Shown one piece after another: positions 9,962 to 18,395 of a DNA stretch of 54,361 nucleotides. Within the stretch, counting starts at the first letter, position 1. Every line of letters begins with the position of its first letter. Origin of the DNA: Zetaproteobacteria bacterium (GTDB lineage: Bacteria; Pseudomonadota; Zetaproteobacteria; Mariprofundales; Mariprofundaceae); the NCBI GenBank assembly GCA_036985955.1, contig BTQQ01000001.1, forward strand, positions 1-54,361, read 5' to 3'. Made by a program: the position numbers and the translations under genes. The notes under the pieces are model-generated. The model saw only the letters and a list, made by a program, of their open reading frames with translations, was not told the DNA's origin and ran no database searches.

Positions 9962-10617
9962 ACGCCTGTAGTCTCCGCACCCCAGATGTACTTGTGCAAT
10001 TGTAACTGCATTCGCGCAGGCACGTGATCCTCCAGCATCCACAAGGCCAGATCAGGTGGCTCGACATTGCCCCATGCGGGTGAAAACAGAACGGGTATAA
10101 CAGGCTGGTATTTTCTCAGAATTTTAACAGCCCACACGTAATCATCATGACTGGTAATGACAACCTTGATTTCGTCGCCGTCCTTCAGAAAACGAAAGTT
10201 TTCCCAATGATTGCGTTGACTCTCGCCGCTTCCCGGCGTTTTAATATCCAGTATCCGGCGCACCCTGGAGTCGGTCTGACTGATGTTAAATGCCCCTGAT
10301 GTTTCCAACTGCAGAATGGGACTGACATTTGCCAGCGCAGATAGCAGAGGAAAACATGATTTTTGCGCCAGCGGTTCGCCCCCGCTGACCAGGGTCAGCG
10401 GGCGGTTGTGTTGGCGCACCTCATCAGTTACCTGCTCAATACTGTATTCTTTACCACTGTCAAAAGGCAGTGCTTGTGGTGTATCGCAATAGTTGCAATG
10501 TAAGGGACATCCGGCCAGCCGCACAAGGGTGCATGGCATGCCTGCCAGGGTACTTTCACCCTGAATGCTGTCGTATATTTCGTAAATTCGTACCGGGGAA
10601 GTATCAGAAACAGGCAT
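9958..10617 (-). CDS. queE: 7-carboxy-7-deazaguanine synthase (radical SAM)
   Basis: IQGES motif and a CPLHCNYC CX3CX2C cluster motif. It lies next to queC. Confidence 0.9.
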   Translation of the reverse strand: MPVSDTSPVRIYEIYDSIQGESTLAGMPCTLVRLAGCPLHCNYCDTPQALPFDSGKEYSIEQVTDEVRQHNRPLTLVSGGEPLAQKSCFPLLSALANVSPILQLETSGAFNISQTDSRVRRILDIKTPGSGESQRNHWENFRFLKDGDEIKVVITSHDDYVWAVKILRKYQPVIPVLFSPAWGNVEPPDLALWMLEDHVPARMQLQLHKYIWGAETTGV

Positions 10618-10627
10618 GGCTCCCAGA

Positions 10628-11434
10628 CTACAGCTTCTTTTTCTGCATGAGCCTCAATTGGCTGCGTGCCTGTTCCGCTGCCGCGCTGTCGGAATGTTCC
10701 CGAACAAGGCGCTGCAACGTGGCTCTGGCATTCCGCATACGGGATGCATCCTGATAGGCAAGGCCTAATTTAAGCAAGGCCGCAGCATGTTTGGCGCTCT
10801 TGGGGTAGTGCTTGGCGATTGTTTCAAATGCGTGAATGGCCTGCTTAAGGTTGCGCTGGGCATAATAGCTTTCACCCAGCCAGTACCATGCCTGATCCGC
10901 ATATTCTCCCTTGGGGAATGTCTTCAGCAAGCTTCGAAAACTCCGGGTGGCCTCCTCATAGCGCCCACTTTTGAGTGCCAGATACGCGGCTGTATAATGA
11001 TTCTTTTCTTTTTCTCCACGTTGGACAGGGGATGCTACAACAGATTTTGAAATGGATTTAGCAATTTTATCGAGTTTTTTGACCAGTTTGCGCTTGGTGA
11101 TCTGGCTTGATTTCTTTGATTTGGCGGCAACCGCTTTCAAACGAGTCGTTCTGGTTTGCAATTGCCGGATACTGGCATTCTGGGCATCTATCATGGAAGA
11201 CTGTGCCGTCTGTATTTGTTCAAGCTCAATCATACGTTTTCGCAGATTGTCGATCTTATTCTTCATGGACTGCTGCTCATCCTGCAATTTCTGCATGGAT
11301 GCAATCACAATCTGCTTATCCTGTTGCCATGCATCGGGTTGTTTATTACTCGCACAGGCGGAAATTCCAAGGCATGATACGAACGCAACGGCCACCGGAA
11401 GTACCGGTGGCCGCCTTTTTACTTCATGCCGCAA
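10628..11434 (-). CDS. cpoB: Cell-division coordinator CpoB/YbgF (coiled coil plus TPR)
   Basis: The C-terminal TPR region is typical of YbgF (YTAAYLALKSGRYEEA...YWLGESYYA...LKLGLAY). TTG start at 11434, just after the pal stop, gives a signal peptide/lipobox ISAC. The track ORF is an upstream extension through pal. Confidence 0.85.
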   Translation of the reverse strand: MRHEVKRRPPVLPVAVAFVSCLGISACASNKQPDAWQQDKQIVIASMQKLQDEQQSMKNKIDNLRKRMIELEQIQTAQSSMIDAQNASIRQLQTRTTRLKAVAAKSKKSSQITKRKLVKKLDKIAKSISKSVVASPVQRGEKEKNHYTAAYLALKSGRYEEATRSFRSLLKTFPKGEYADQAWYWLGESYYAQRNLKQAIHAFETIAKHYPKSAKHAAALLKLGLAYQDASRMRNARATLQRLVREHSDSAAAEQARSQLRLMQKKKL

Positions 11435-11438
11435 TGGT

Positions 11439-11942
11439 TTAACGGGCGACAATATCCGCGTGCCGGTTCTGTGCCCAGCAAGCTTCACCTGTTCCCTGAC
11501 AGACAGGGCGTTCCTCACCAAATGAAACGGTACCGATGCCGTCAGCCGGTATGCCCTGGCTCGCAAGGTAATCGCGGACGCTGTCAGCGCGACGCTGACC
11601 CAAGGCCAGATTGTACTCACGACTGCCCCGTTCATCGCAATTGCCCTCAATAGTGATGGAGCTAACAGTATGTGTTTTCAACCATGCTGCATTGGCATCC
11701 AGGATGCCACGCGCAGCCGCATCCAGTTCTGAACTGTCAAATGCGAAATAAACGGTATGCGAGGATGGTTCCTGTGCCGTCGATACGCCTTGAGTTGTTG
11801 CTTCTCCACTTTCTGCGCTGACAGGTGTGCTTTCTTCAACTGTTGTTTTCTTGGCGCAGCCCGCGAATAGCAGGCCTGCGGCGGCCACAAAAGCCAAACC
11901 GATGCTTGAGTATTGTTTTAATTTTAATTGTTTTGATTTCAA
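11439..11942 (-). CDS. pal: Peptidoglycan-associated lipoprotein
   Basis: Lipobox LFAGC and an OmpA-like domain (TIEGNCDERGSREYNLALGQRRADSV). The TTG start at 11942 is preceded by GGGAGG. Confidence 0.9.
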   Translation of the reverse strand: MKSKQLKLKQYSSIGLAFVAAAGLLFAGCAKKTTVEESTPVSAESGEATTQGVSTAQEPSSHTVYFAFDSSELDAAARGILDANAAWLKTHTVSSITIEGNCDERGSREYNLALGQRRADSVRDYLASQGIPADGIGTVSFGEERPVCQGTGEACWAQNRHADIVAR

Positions 11943-11980
11943 TTGGGGTTCCTCCCATTTTTTATAATATCCGCATGGTC

Positions 11981-13240
11981 TTAATGCGACCATGCGGGAT
12001 CTGATGCATCCTCAGGCGGAGTTGTAATGGCTTGTGCCTTTCCACCCCAGCTGGGAACTCTATACACCTTGCGTATACCTTTCACCTCTTTGGAGAATAA
12101 CAGCATTTGCGCATTTGGCGACCATGCAGGTGATTCAATGCGCCCACCCGTAGCGAGATAGCGCACATCGCTTCCATCCAGCCGCATGGTGGCCAAAGCA
12201 TATTCCCATCCCTTACGTGTAATCAAGGCAATTCTGTCTCCGGCGGGCGACCATGCCGGTGAAGTGTTATACGGGCCATTCGTACTGATGCGTTGCACTT
12301 GCCCGTCACTGATGCGAATACGGTAAATCTGGGGCGAACCGCTACGGTCGCTGGTAAAGGCAATCCATTGACTGTCCGGTGACCATGTTGGCGTAGTATC
12401 AATGTCGGGATTGTGTGTGAGTTGCCGCCATGTACGGGTTTTGATATTAAAGATATGGATTTCCGCATTGCCAGTGTGGGACAGGGTTGCGGCGATGAAG
12501 CGGCCATCCGGTGACCATTCCGGTGTGCTGTTCAGTCCCGGAAATGCGCCGAATGTACTGCGCTTGCCATTGGAAAGTTTGAAGGTTTCCAAACGTGGGC
12601 GGTTGCCTACATAGGTATTCAGGGCCACCAGACGATTGTCCGGCGACCAGTCCGGCGAGAGCAGCAGGGTGAAATTACGCCCAACCGCCTGACGGTTTGC
12701 GCCATCCTGATCCATATAAATCAAATCCGCCTTGTCACCATGTTTGCGCACATACAGGATATGACTGCTGAAATAACCGGTGATGCCGGTCGCCGCATGG
12801 TAGATATGGTTGGCGATCTGATGCGCCAGCGGGCGAAGAATCTTACCGGAATAGTCGAGGGTTATTCGGGAAAGCACTTTATTGCGAAAGGGATCATGCA
12901 CTTCGATATAGGCTTTCCAGCCATCCGCACTCTTGTGAAGGCGGGTAATGGCTAGAATATCGGTGCCGATGATACGCCAGTCGCCATAATCAATGTGTGA
13001 CTCCGTTTGCTCGGTATCCGCAAGAAAACTTAAAGGGTTGAGTATCACGAAGGACTGACTGGACTCCAGGTCATGCCGTACCACATTGCGGATCAGATTC
13101 GATGTTACTGTATCTTCAGGTGGCGCATTGACCATCCATGCCAGCTTCAGGGGCTGATATTTGGACTGAAAGATTTCAAATTCAGCAGCCTGTGCCACGT
13201 AAGGGAACAACATGGTAAGGCATACAAGAAAGTTTCGCAT
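11981..13240 (-). CDS. tolB: Tol-Pal system beta-propeller protein TolB
   Basis: Signal peptide plus repeated P.WSPDG-type propeller blades (PEWSPDGRF, PTWSPDSQW, PAWSPAGDR, PAWSPNAQM). Confidence 0.93.
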   Translation of the reverse strand: MRNFLVCLTMLFPYVAQAAEFEIFQSKYQPLKLAWMVNAPPEDTVTSNLIRNVVRHDLESSQSFVILNPLSFLADTEQTESHIDYGDWRIIGTDILAITRLHKSADGWKAYIEVHDPFRNKVLSRITLDYSGKILRPLAHQIANHIYHAATGITGYFSSHILYVRKHGDKADLIYMDQDGANRQAVGRNFTLLLSPDWSPDNRLVALNTYVGNRPRLETFKLSNGKRSTFGAFPGLNSTPEWSPDGRFIAATLSHTGNAEIHIFNIKTRTWRQLTHNPDIDTTPTWSPDSQWIAFTSDRSGSPQIYRIRISDGQVQRISTNGPYNTSPAWSPAGDRIALITRKGWEYALATMRLDGSDVRYLATGGRIESPAWSPNAQMLLFSKEVKGIRKVYRVPSWGGKAQAITTPPEDASDPAWSH

Positions 13241-13410
13241 GGGGGCGGTTTCTAGCTGTGGAAATGAAGGAATGCAAGCGGCAAAGGAGATTTGAACGGT
13301 ACTCCTGATCTGTTGTTGTTAGTATTTGAATTAATCACCGTGTTTATTGGCCCGTGCTTCCATCTCTCAGGGCTTGTGCCGCTCTTGCAAGCGTTCAAAT
13401 TACATGTTTC

Positions 13411-13424
13411 TTGATCTAGATCAA
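13411..13424. promoter_or_regulatory. Perfect FNR/Dnr/NnrR-type (CRP-FNR family) binding box
   Basis: TTGATCTAGATCAA matches the consensus TTGAT-N4-ATCAA exactly. It lies 130 bp upstream of the cytochrome c/HCO operon start, and an AT-rich -10-like stretch follows at about 13439-13450. Confidence 0.6.
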
Positions 13425-13536
13425 ATAAACACTTGAAATATTTATTTTACGGATGCACAGTTCGGCGCGCGGTTGGGTAACGCTAACCATGACGTACCGA
13501 TTTATTAGAAAGATTTATAAGAACTAAATAAATCCT

Positions 13537-13547
13537 GGGGGGGGGGG
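13537..13547. repeat. G11 homopolymer tract
   Basis: Eleven consecutive G residues, counted directly. The tract ends 6 nt before the TTG start at 13554. Confidence 0.95.
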
Positions 13548-13553
13548 TCAAGA

Positions 13554-13934
13554 TTGAGAAAACCATTATTGATTGCTAGTGCGGCAGCTCTGTTACTTGC
13601 GGCATTTCCTGTTCCCAGCGTCCATGCTGGGGCGGAAGCGAAATGCAAGGCGTGCCACAAGTTTACCACCAAAAACAGCGTAGGCCCCGGCTTGCAGGGC
13701 ATTGTAGGACGCAAGGCCGGCACCAATCCCGGCTTCAAGTATAAATTCACCAAGTATATCAAGGGTGATGCATGGACGTGGGATGAAGAAAACCTGCGTG
13801 CATGGATTGACAACAGCAAGAAAGCGGTCAAGAAATTGACCGGCAACAAGAAGGCCAAGACCAAGATGCCGCCGCAGCATGTCAAGGGTGCCACGGCTGA
13901 TGCGGTTATCGTGTTTTTGAAAGGCTTGAAATAA
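13554..13934 (+). CDS. Periplasmic class-I c-type cytochrome
   Basis: Signal peptide (cleavage at ..SVHA/G), a single CKACH heme motif and a distal Met region (KTKMPP). Confidence 0.85.
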   Translation: MRKPLLIASAAALLLAAFPVPSVHAGAEAKCKACHKFTTKNSVGPGLQGIVGRKAGTNPGFKYKFTKYIKGDAWTWDEENLRAWIDNSKKAVKKLTGNKKAKTKMPPQHVKGATADAVIVFLKGLK

Positions 13935-13964
13935 ATTATGGAAATCACAAGAGGAGGGTATTAA

Positions 13965-14720
13965 ATGAGCGAAGAAATCAAACACTATACTATCCACTGG
14001 CATGGCAGTCCGTTCCCCCTAATGGTGGGATTCGGTACGGGTCTGTTTCTGCCGTGGGCGTTTATGCTGCAATTTAACTATACACAGCCAACCGCCGCGC
14101 TGGTTTGTCTGGTTATTGGGGGCGCATTGACCATCGCCGGAGGACTTGGCTGGGCCAGTGAGACCATTGGCGTGATTGATGATGAGAACTGGAGCCCGTC
14201 AGCCATGTTAATGTTTATTGGCACCGAGATTATGACCCTTGGTGCTATTCTGGCCGGTTACTGGGTTGCCCGTCTGGGCGCAGACGTATGGCCGCCTGCG
14301 GGTACGCCGGAGATTGGTGCGTCAGGACCGTTGATTGCAACCATTATTCTGATTACTTCCAGTATCACAATTGGTCTGGCGCGCAAACGGGAGATGGAAG
14401 GCAACTCATCCGGTTTTGCCATGATGGTATTGTTATCAGCCGCGATCTGGGTGGTCTTCATGGTGATGACCATTTCCGACTGGAGTGTTCTGGGAAGTGA
14501 GGGCTTTACCATTGGTGTGAATGCCTACGCAACCGCGCTTTACGGCTTTACCGGTATCCACATAGCCCATATCGTGATTGGTCTGCTGGTGATGTTGACC
14601 TGCGTGCCGAGCGCCTTTAAGGGAAAGCTGAGTTTTTCCTACACGCGCGCCATGACGATGTATGTCCACTTCGTGAACGTACTCGGCATCTGGGTGCTGT
14701 TACAGATTTACTACTGGTAA
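13965..14720 (+). CDS. Heme-copper oxidase subunit III-like membrane protein
   Basis: Polytopic, with subunit III-like motifs (LYGFTGIHIAHIV, MYVHFVNVLGIWV). RBS GAGGAGGG lies upstream. Confidence 0.8.
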   Translation: MSEEIKHYTIHWHGSPFPLMVGFGTGLFLPWAFMLQFNYTQPTAALVCLVIGGALTIAGGLGWASETIGVIDDENWSPSAMLMFIGTEIMTLGAILAGYWVARLGADVWPPAGTPEIGASGPLIATIILITSSITIGLARKREMEGNSSGFAMMVLLSAAIWVVFMVMTISDWSVLGSEGFTIGVNAYATALYGFTGIHIAHIVIGLLVMLTCVPSAFKGKLSFSYTRAMTMYVHFVNVLGIWVLLQIYYW

Positions 14721-14740
14721 GTACTGGACAGCCTGTAGCT

Positions 14741-15649
14741 ATGCGGAATTCACTCATGCCTTCCATACGGAACGGGGCCATACTGTACTGGAGCCGGCTT
14801 CGGCTGGTTCCGGCTCTGGCCTGCCTGTTTGCAGCCTTGGGGGCTGGATCAATCATGACTCCCGGAACTGCTCAGGCAGCCTATGGCAATGTGACCAAGG
14901 ATTCACAGATTGATCCGGCCATTTTCCGCATCAATGAGAAGAAATTTCTGGGCGGAAAGACTGACGGGAATTACGTACTTGAGGACGCATTTGGGAACAA
15001 TTTCAAGCTGAGCGATCTGTTCGGTAAGCCGCTGATTCTGGTGTTGTCCTACTTTACCTGTGATGGCGCCTGTTCGGTGATCAATCGTACGCTGGCCAAT
15101 ACCCTGAAAGGGGTGGATCGCTGGAAGATCGGCAAGGACTACAATGTTCTGACCGTATCCTTTGATCAGCATGACACGCCGGCAACGATGCGTGAATTCC
15201 GGGAAAAGATGGGGTTTGAGAAGTTGCCGCAAGGATGGCGCATGGCAACCATGCGGAACAGGAAGGATATTGACCGGCTTGCCGAATCGATCGGTTTCAA
15301 GTTCTTCTGGTCACCAAGGGATCGTATTTTCCTGCATCCCAGTGTTTATACAGTGCTGTCTCCCACGGGTCAGATTACGCGCTATCTGTATGCAGGCAAG
15401 GTGGATGCGGATGATGTGAAACTGGCGCTTACCAAAGCAATGGGCGGGGAAGTTTCCCCGGTAAACATCATTGATTTTGTGGTGGCCGCCTGTCACAGCT
15501 ACAACTACAAGGATGGAAAATACAAGCTCAACATTCCCCTGTTCGTGGCTCTTGGCGGACTCGTGGCCGGAGTGATACTGATGGTCGGGGGGTTCATGAT
15601 TATAAAACGCAAGAGAGGCAGAATCAGGAAGGATATGGTTACTGTATAA
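14741..15649 (+). CDS. SCO1/SenC-like thioredoxin-fold protein (variant CDGAC motif, C-terminal TM anchor)
   Basis: SCO-like core (LILVLSYFTCDGACSVI ... TVSFDQHDTP ... HPSVYTVLSPTGQI) and a C-terminal hydrophobic helix followed by KRKRGRIRK. Confidence 0.75.
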   Translation: MRNSLMPSIRNGAILYWSRLRLVPALACLFAALGAGSIMTPGTAQAAYGNVTKDSQIDPAIFRINEKKFLGGKTDGNYVLEDAFGNNFKLSDLFGKPLILVLSYFTCDGACSVINRTLANTLKGVDRWKIGKDYNVLTVSFDQHDTPATMREFREKMGFEKLPQGWRMATMRNRKDIDRLAESIGFKFFWSPRDRIFLHPSVYTVLSPTGQITRYLYAGKVDADDVKLALTKAMGGEVSPVNIIDFVVAACHSYNYKDGKYKLNIPLFVALGGLVAGVILMVGGFMIIKRKRGRIRKDMVTV

Positions 15650-15709
15650 ATAGTTGTATGAAGTAAGTTGAAGATATTATGAAATGACAAAAACACAGGA
15701 GGGAAAGAG

Positions 15710-16522
15710 ATGAAAATAAAATCGTTCAGCTATAAGGCGCTGGGAGCGTTGCTTGCACTACCTTTAATTCCCACGCTGGCCTATGCATTCCAGATGGAGA
15801 TAGCGACCAGGAATAATTATAAGGGTTTGACACCGCAGGCCCACTGGGAGGAGATGTGGACAGAGGTGATGTGGGATATCACGATTCTCGGCGTGGTTTA
15901 TTTTATCATAGCCCTGTTTTTTCTATTCAGGTACAGGAGGACAGGCCATGATCAGGTTGGCGAATCACCCAAGCTTTCCGCACAGGCTATCCTTGGCTGG
16001 GTCATCATTCCCTGCATGTTGTTCCTAGGGGATGACCTGTTCCTGTATGCCAAGGGTTTCGCGCTGCACAAGCATATGCGTCAGGTGCCGGCCAATGCCC
16101 AGACCATCAAGGTGACTGGTTCCATGTGGAACTGGAATTACGATTATGGCAATGGCGTGGATACGGACAATGAACTGCGCGTGCCGGTTGGCAAGCCAGT
16201 CGTATTTCGTATGACCAGTGACGATGTCGTACATTCCCATTACCTGAACGGTTACCACGTTACTGAAGATGTGATGCCGGGCCGTGTGACCTGGGAATGG
16301 ATCATGCCGGTCAAGGTTGGCGAATCGGTGATTACCTGCCGTGAATACTGCGGTGCGAATCACTCCAAGATGTACGGCAAGCTCATCGTAATGAAACAGG
16401 CCGATTACGATGCCTGGATGACCCAGGCTCTTGCTGATGCCAAGGCTGAATCAGGGCGTCAGATTGCCATGGTCAGTAAACCAAGAATTTCAAGTAATAC
16501 TAATAATGGAGGGAAACTATGA
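15710..16522 (+). CDS. Heme-copper oxidase subunit II with CuA centre
   Basis: Two N-terminal TM helices and the CuA ligands DVVHSH ... CREYCGANHSKM. Confidence 0.9.
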   Translation: MKIKSFSYKALGALLALPLIPTLAYAFQMEIATRNNYKGLTPQAHWEEMWTEVMWDITILGVVYFIIALFFLFRYRRTGHDQVGESPKLSAQAILGWVIIPCMLFLGDDLFLYAKGFALHKHMRQVPANAQTIKVTGSMWNWNYDYGNGVDTDNELRVPVGKPVVFRMTSDDVVHSHYLNGYHVTEDVMPGRVTWEWIMPVKVGESVITCREYCGANHSKMYGKLIVMKQADYDAWMTQALADAKAESGRQIAMVSKPRISSNTNNGGKL

Positions 16523-18216
16523 CTGGTGAACATTTTATGGGTTTTGTAGGGCATGAGCCAAAGGGCAAGCCCGGTTGGCCGAAAACAGCCAAGGAGTGGC
16601 TGTTCACGATTGATCATAAGGTTATCGGTGTCTGGTATCTAATCGGCTCCCTTGCATCCTTTGCCGTGGCCGGTCTTGCCGCCATGTTGATGCGTATCGA
16701 ACTGGGCAGCGTGGGTCCGGATATTACCAGTGACGGCAACGTCTATAATTTGTGGCTGACCATGCACGGCGCGGTGATGATTCTGGGGTTCCAGATTCCG
16801 GCTCTGCTGGGCTTTGTCGCCAACTATGCCGTACCCATCATGATTGGGGCCAAGGATATGGCCTTTCCGCGCGTCAATGCGCTGAGCGTATGGCTATTGT
16901 GGTCCGGCATTCTGCTGGCCCTGGCTAACCTCGTCATTCCGGATTCCTTCAACGGCATGTGGACCGGCTATCCGCCCTATTCCACTTCGGATGCTGCGGG
17001 CAATACGGCGCTGTATTCACTGGTGGTCATCGTGCTTGGCATGTCCTCCGTATTTGGTGCGGTAAATCTGGCTTGTACGGTGGTTTTCATGCGTTGCAAG
17101 GGCCTGGGTTGGTTCCAGTTGCCGATGACGGTTTGGTGCGTGTTCACGGCCAATATCATTCAGTTGATCTTTGTACCGGTACTGGCTGCTTCGGTGCTGC
17201 TGCTCTCACTGGATAAATATCTGGGCTTTGGCTTCTACAATCCGGAAACGGGCGGCGACGTGCTGCTATATCAAAACCTGTTCTGGTTCTATTCGCATCC
17301 GGCTGTGTACGTAATTTTGCTGCCGTTTTGTGGCATCATTTTTGAGCTATTCTCGGTATCAGCCAAAAACATGGTGTTCAGTTACAAGGTGGCGGTCCTG
17401 TCCGTACTGGCCTTTATTCCGGCCAGCGCCGACGTCTGGGCGCATCATGCCTTCGTAGCGGGTCTGCCGGACTGGTTTAACATGCTGATGTCGTTCACCA
17501 CATTGCTGATTTCATTGCCCTTTGGTCTGATGATGCTAAGTATGGTGGGTACGCTGTACAAGGGTGCCATCCGCTATTCCGGCCCGATGATCTGGGCTCT
17601 GGGTGCTTGGGTGATGCTTATTTTCGGTGGTTTGACCGGCATTCCGAACGCCCTAGCCGCTGTGGACTACGGTATTTCGGATTCTTATGCCATCATGAGC
17701 CACTTTCATTATGTGATGGCGGTAGCCGGAGCCATGGCTACCTTTGGGGGCGTGTTCTACTGGTTCCCGAAGCTGACCGGTCGGATATGCAGCGAAATGT
17801 TGACCAAGCTCTCGGGCATTAGCTTCTTTATCGGCATGAATGTGGTGATGGCGCCGCTGTATATCGCCGGTGTCGAGGGTATGCCGCGCCGCTATATGGA
17901 TTATCAGCAGTTTGCCGATAATGCCACCATCGTCGGTGCGCAACACTGGTCCACGATCGGTGCCTTTATTACCTTCCTCAGCGTATTGCTGATGCTGGTG
18001 GCGTGGATTCACGGCATGCTCAAGGGTGAGAAGTCATCTCAGAACCCCTGGGGATCGCAATCGCTGGAATGGACGTCTACTGCACTTATTGCCGGACAGG
18101 GTAATTTCCCGACTCCGGTGGAGGTTGCCGAAAACTGGCATCCGTACAATTACATTGATAATCCGAAGCCGACGTTCGAGGCTCACCCGTGGGGTCAGCC
18201 TGACCCAGCAAAGTAG
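16519..18216 (+). CDS. Heme-copper oxidase subunit I (A-family-like, YS variant)
   Basis: Heme/CuB ligands TMHG, FWFYSHPAVY, AHHAFVAG and SHFHYVMA. The ATG overlaps the subunit II stop (ATGA). Confidence 0.93.
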   Translation: MTGEHFMGFVGHEPKGKPGWPKTAKEWLFTIDHKVIGVWYLIGSLASFAVAGLAAMLMRIELGSVGPDITSDGNVYNLWLTMHGAVMILGFQIPALLGFVANYAVPIMIGAKDMAFPRVNALSVWLLWSGILLALANLVIPDSFNGMWTGYPPYSTSDAAGNTALYSLVVIVLGMSSVFGAVNLACTVVFMRCKGLGWFQLPMTVWCVFTANIIQLIFVPVLAASVLLLSLDKYLGFGFYNPETGGDVLLYQNLFWFYSHPAVYVILLPFCGIIFELFSVSAKNMVFSYKVAVLSVLAFIPASADVWAHHAFVAGLPDWFNMLMSFTTLLISLPFGLMMLSMVGTLYKGAIRYSGPMIWALGAWVMLIFGGLTGIPNALAAVDYGISDSYAIMSHFHYVMAVAGAMATFGGVFYWFPKLTGRICSEMLTKLSGISFFIGMNVVMAPLYIAGVEGMPRRYMDYQQFADNATIVGAQHWSTIGAFITFLSVLLMLVAWIHGMLKGEKSSQNPWGSQSLEWTSTALIAGQGNFPTPVEVAENWHPYNYIDNPKPTFEAHPWGQPDPAK

Positions 18217-18253
18217 CCTCACCAAAGGGGCACTGAAGCTAGAACGAACCTGA

Positions 18254-18300
18254 GGATGTGCACCCCCCCAGTATGTCGGGGTGTGCATCCTTGCGGTTTT
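18254..18300 (+). terminator. Putative intrinsic terminator after HCO subunit I
   Basis: 13-bp stem GGATGTGCACCCC / GGGGTGTGCATCC (two G.U pairs), followed by TTGCGGTTTT. Confidence 0.45.
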
Positions 18301-18307
18301 GCATAAA

Positions 18308-18321
18308 TTGATTCAGGTCAA
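18308..18321. promoter_or_regulatory. Near-consensus FNR-type box upstream of ctaB
   Basis: TTGATTCAGGTCAA matches 9 of the 10 consensus half-site positions. It lies about 75 bp upstream of the ctaB ATG. Confidence 0.4.
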
Positions 18322-18395
18322 TGCCAAATTGGCAATCAACAGGAGAATGCGCCTAGTTAGAAGCCAGCGAAGCTGGGCAGATCGTGGGGGGATCA

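Noticed and set aside
13505-14003. Minus-strand ORFs of 147 aa and 136 aa over the cytochrome c gene
   Set aside because: The plus-strand frame has a signal peptide and a CxxCH heme motif and is followed by coupled oxidase genes. The antisense frames have no features.
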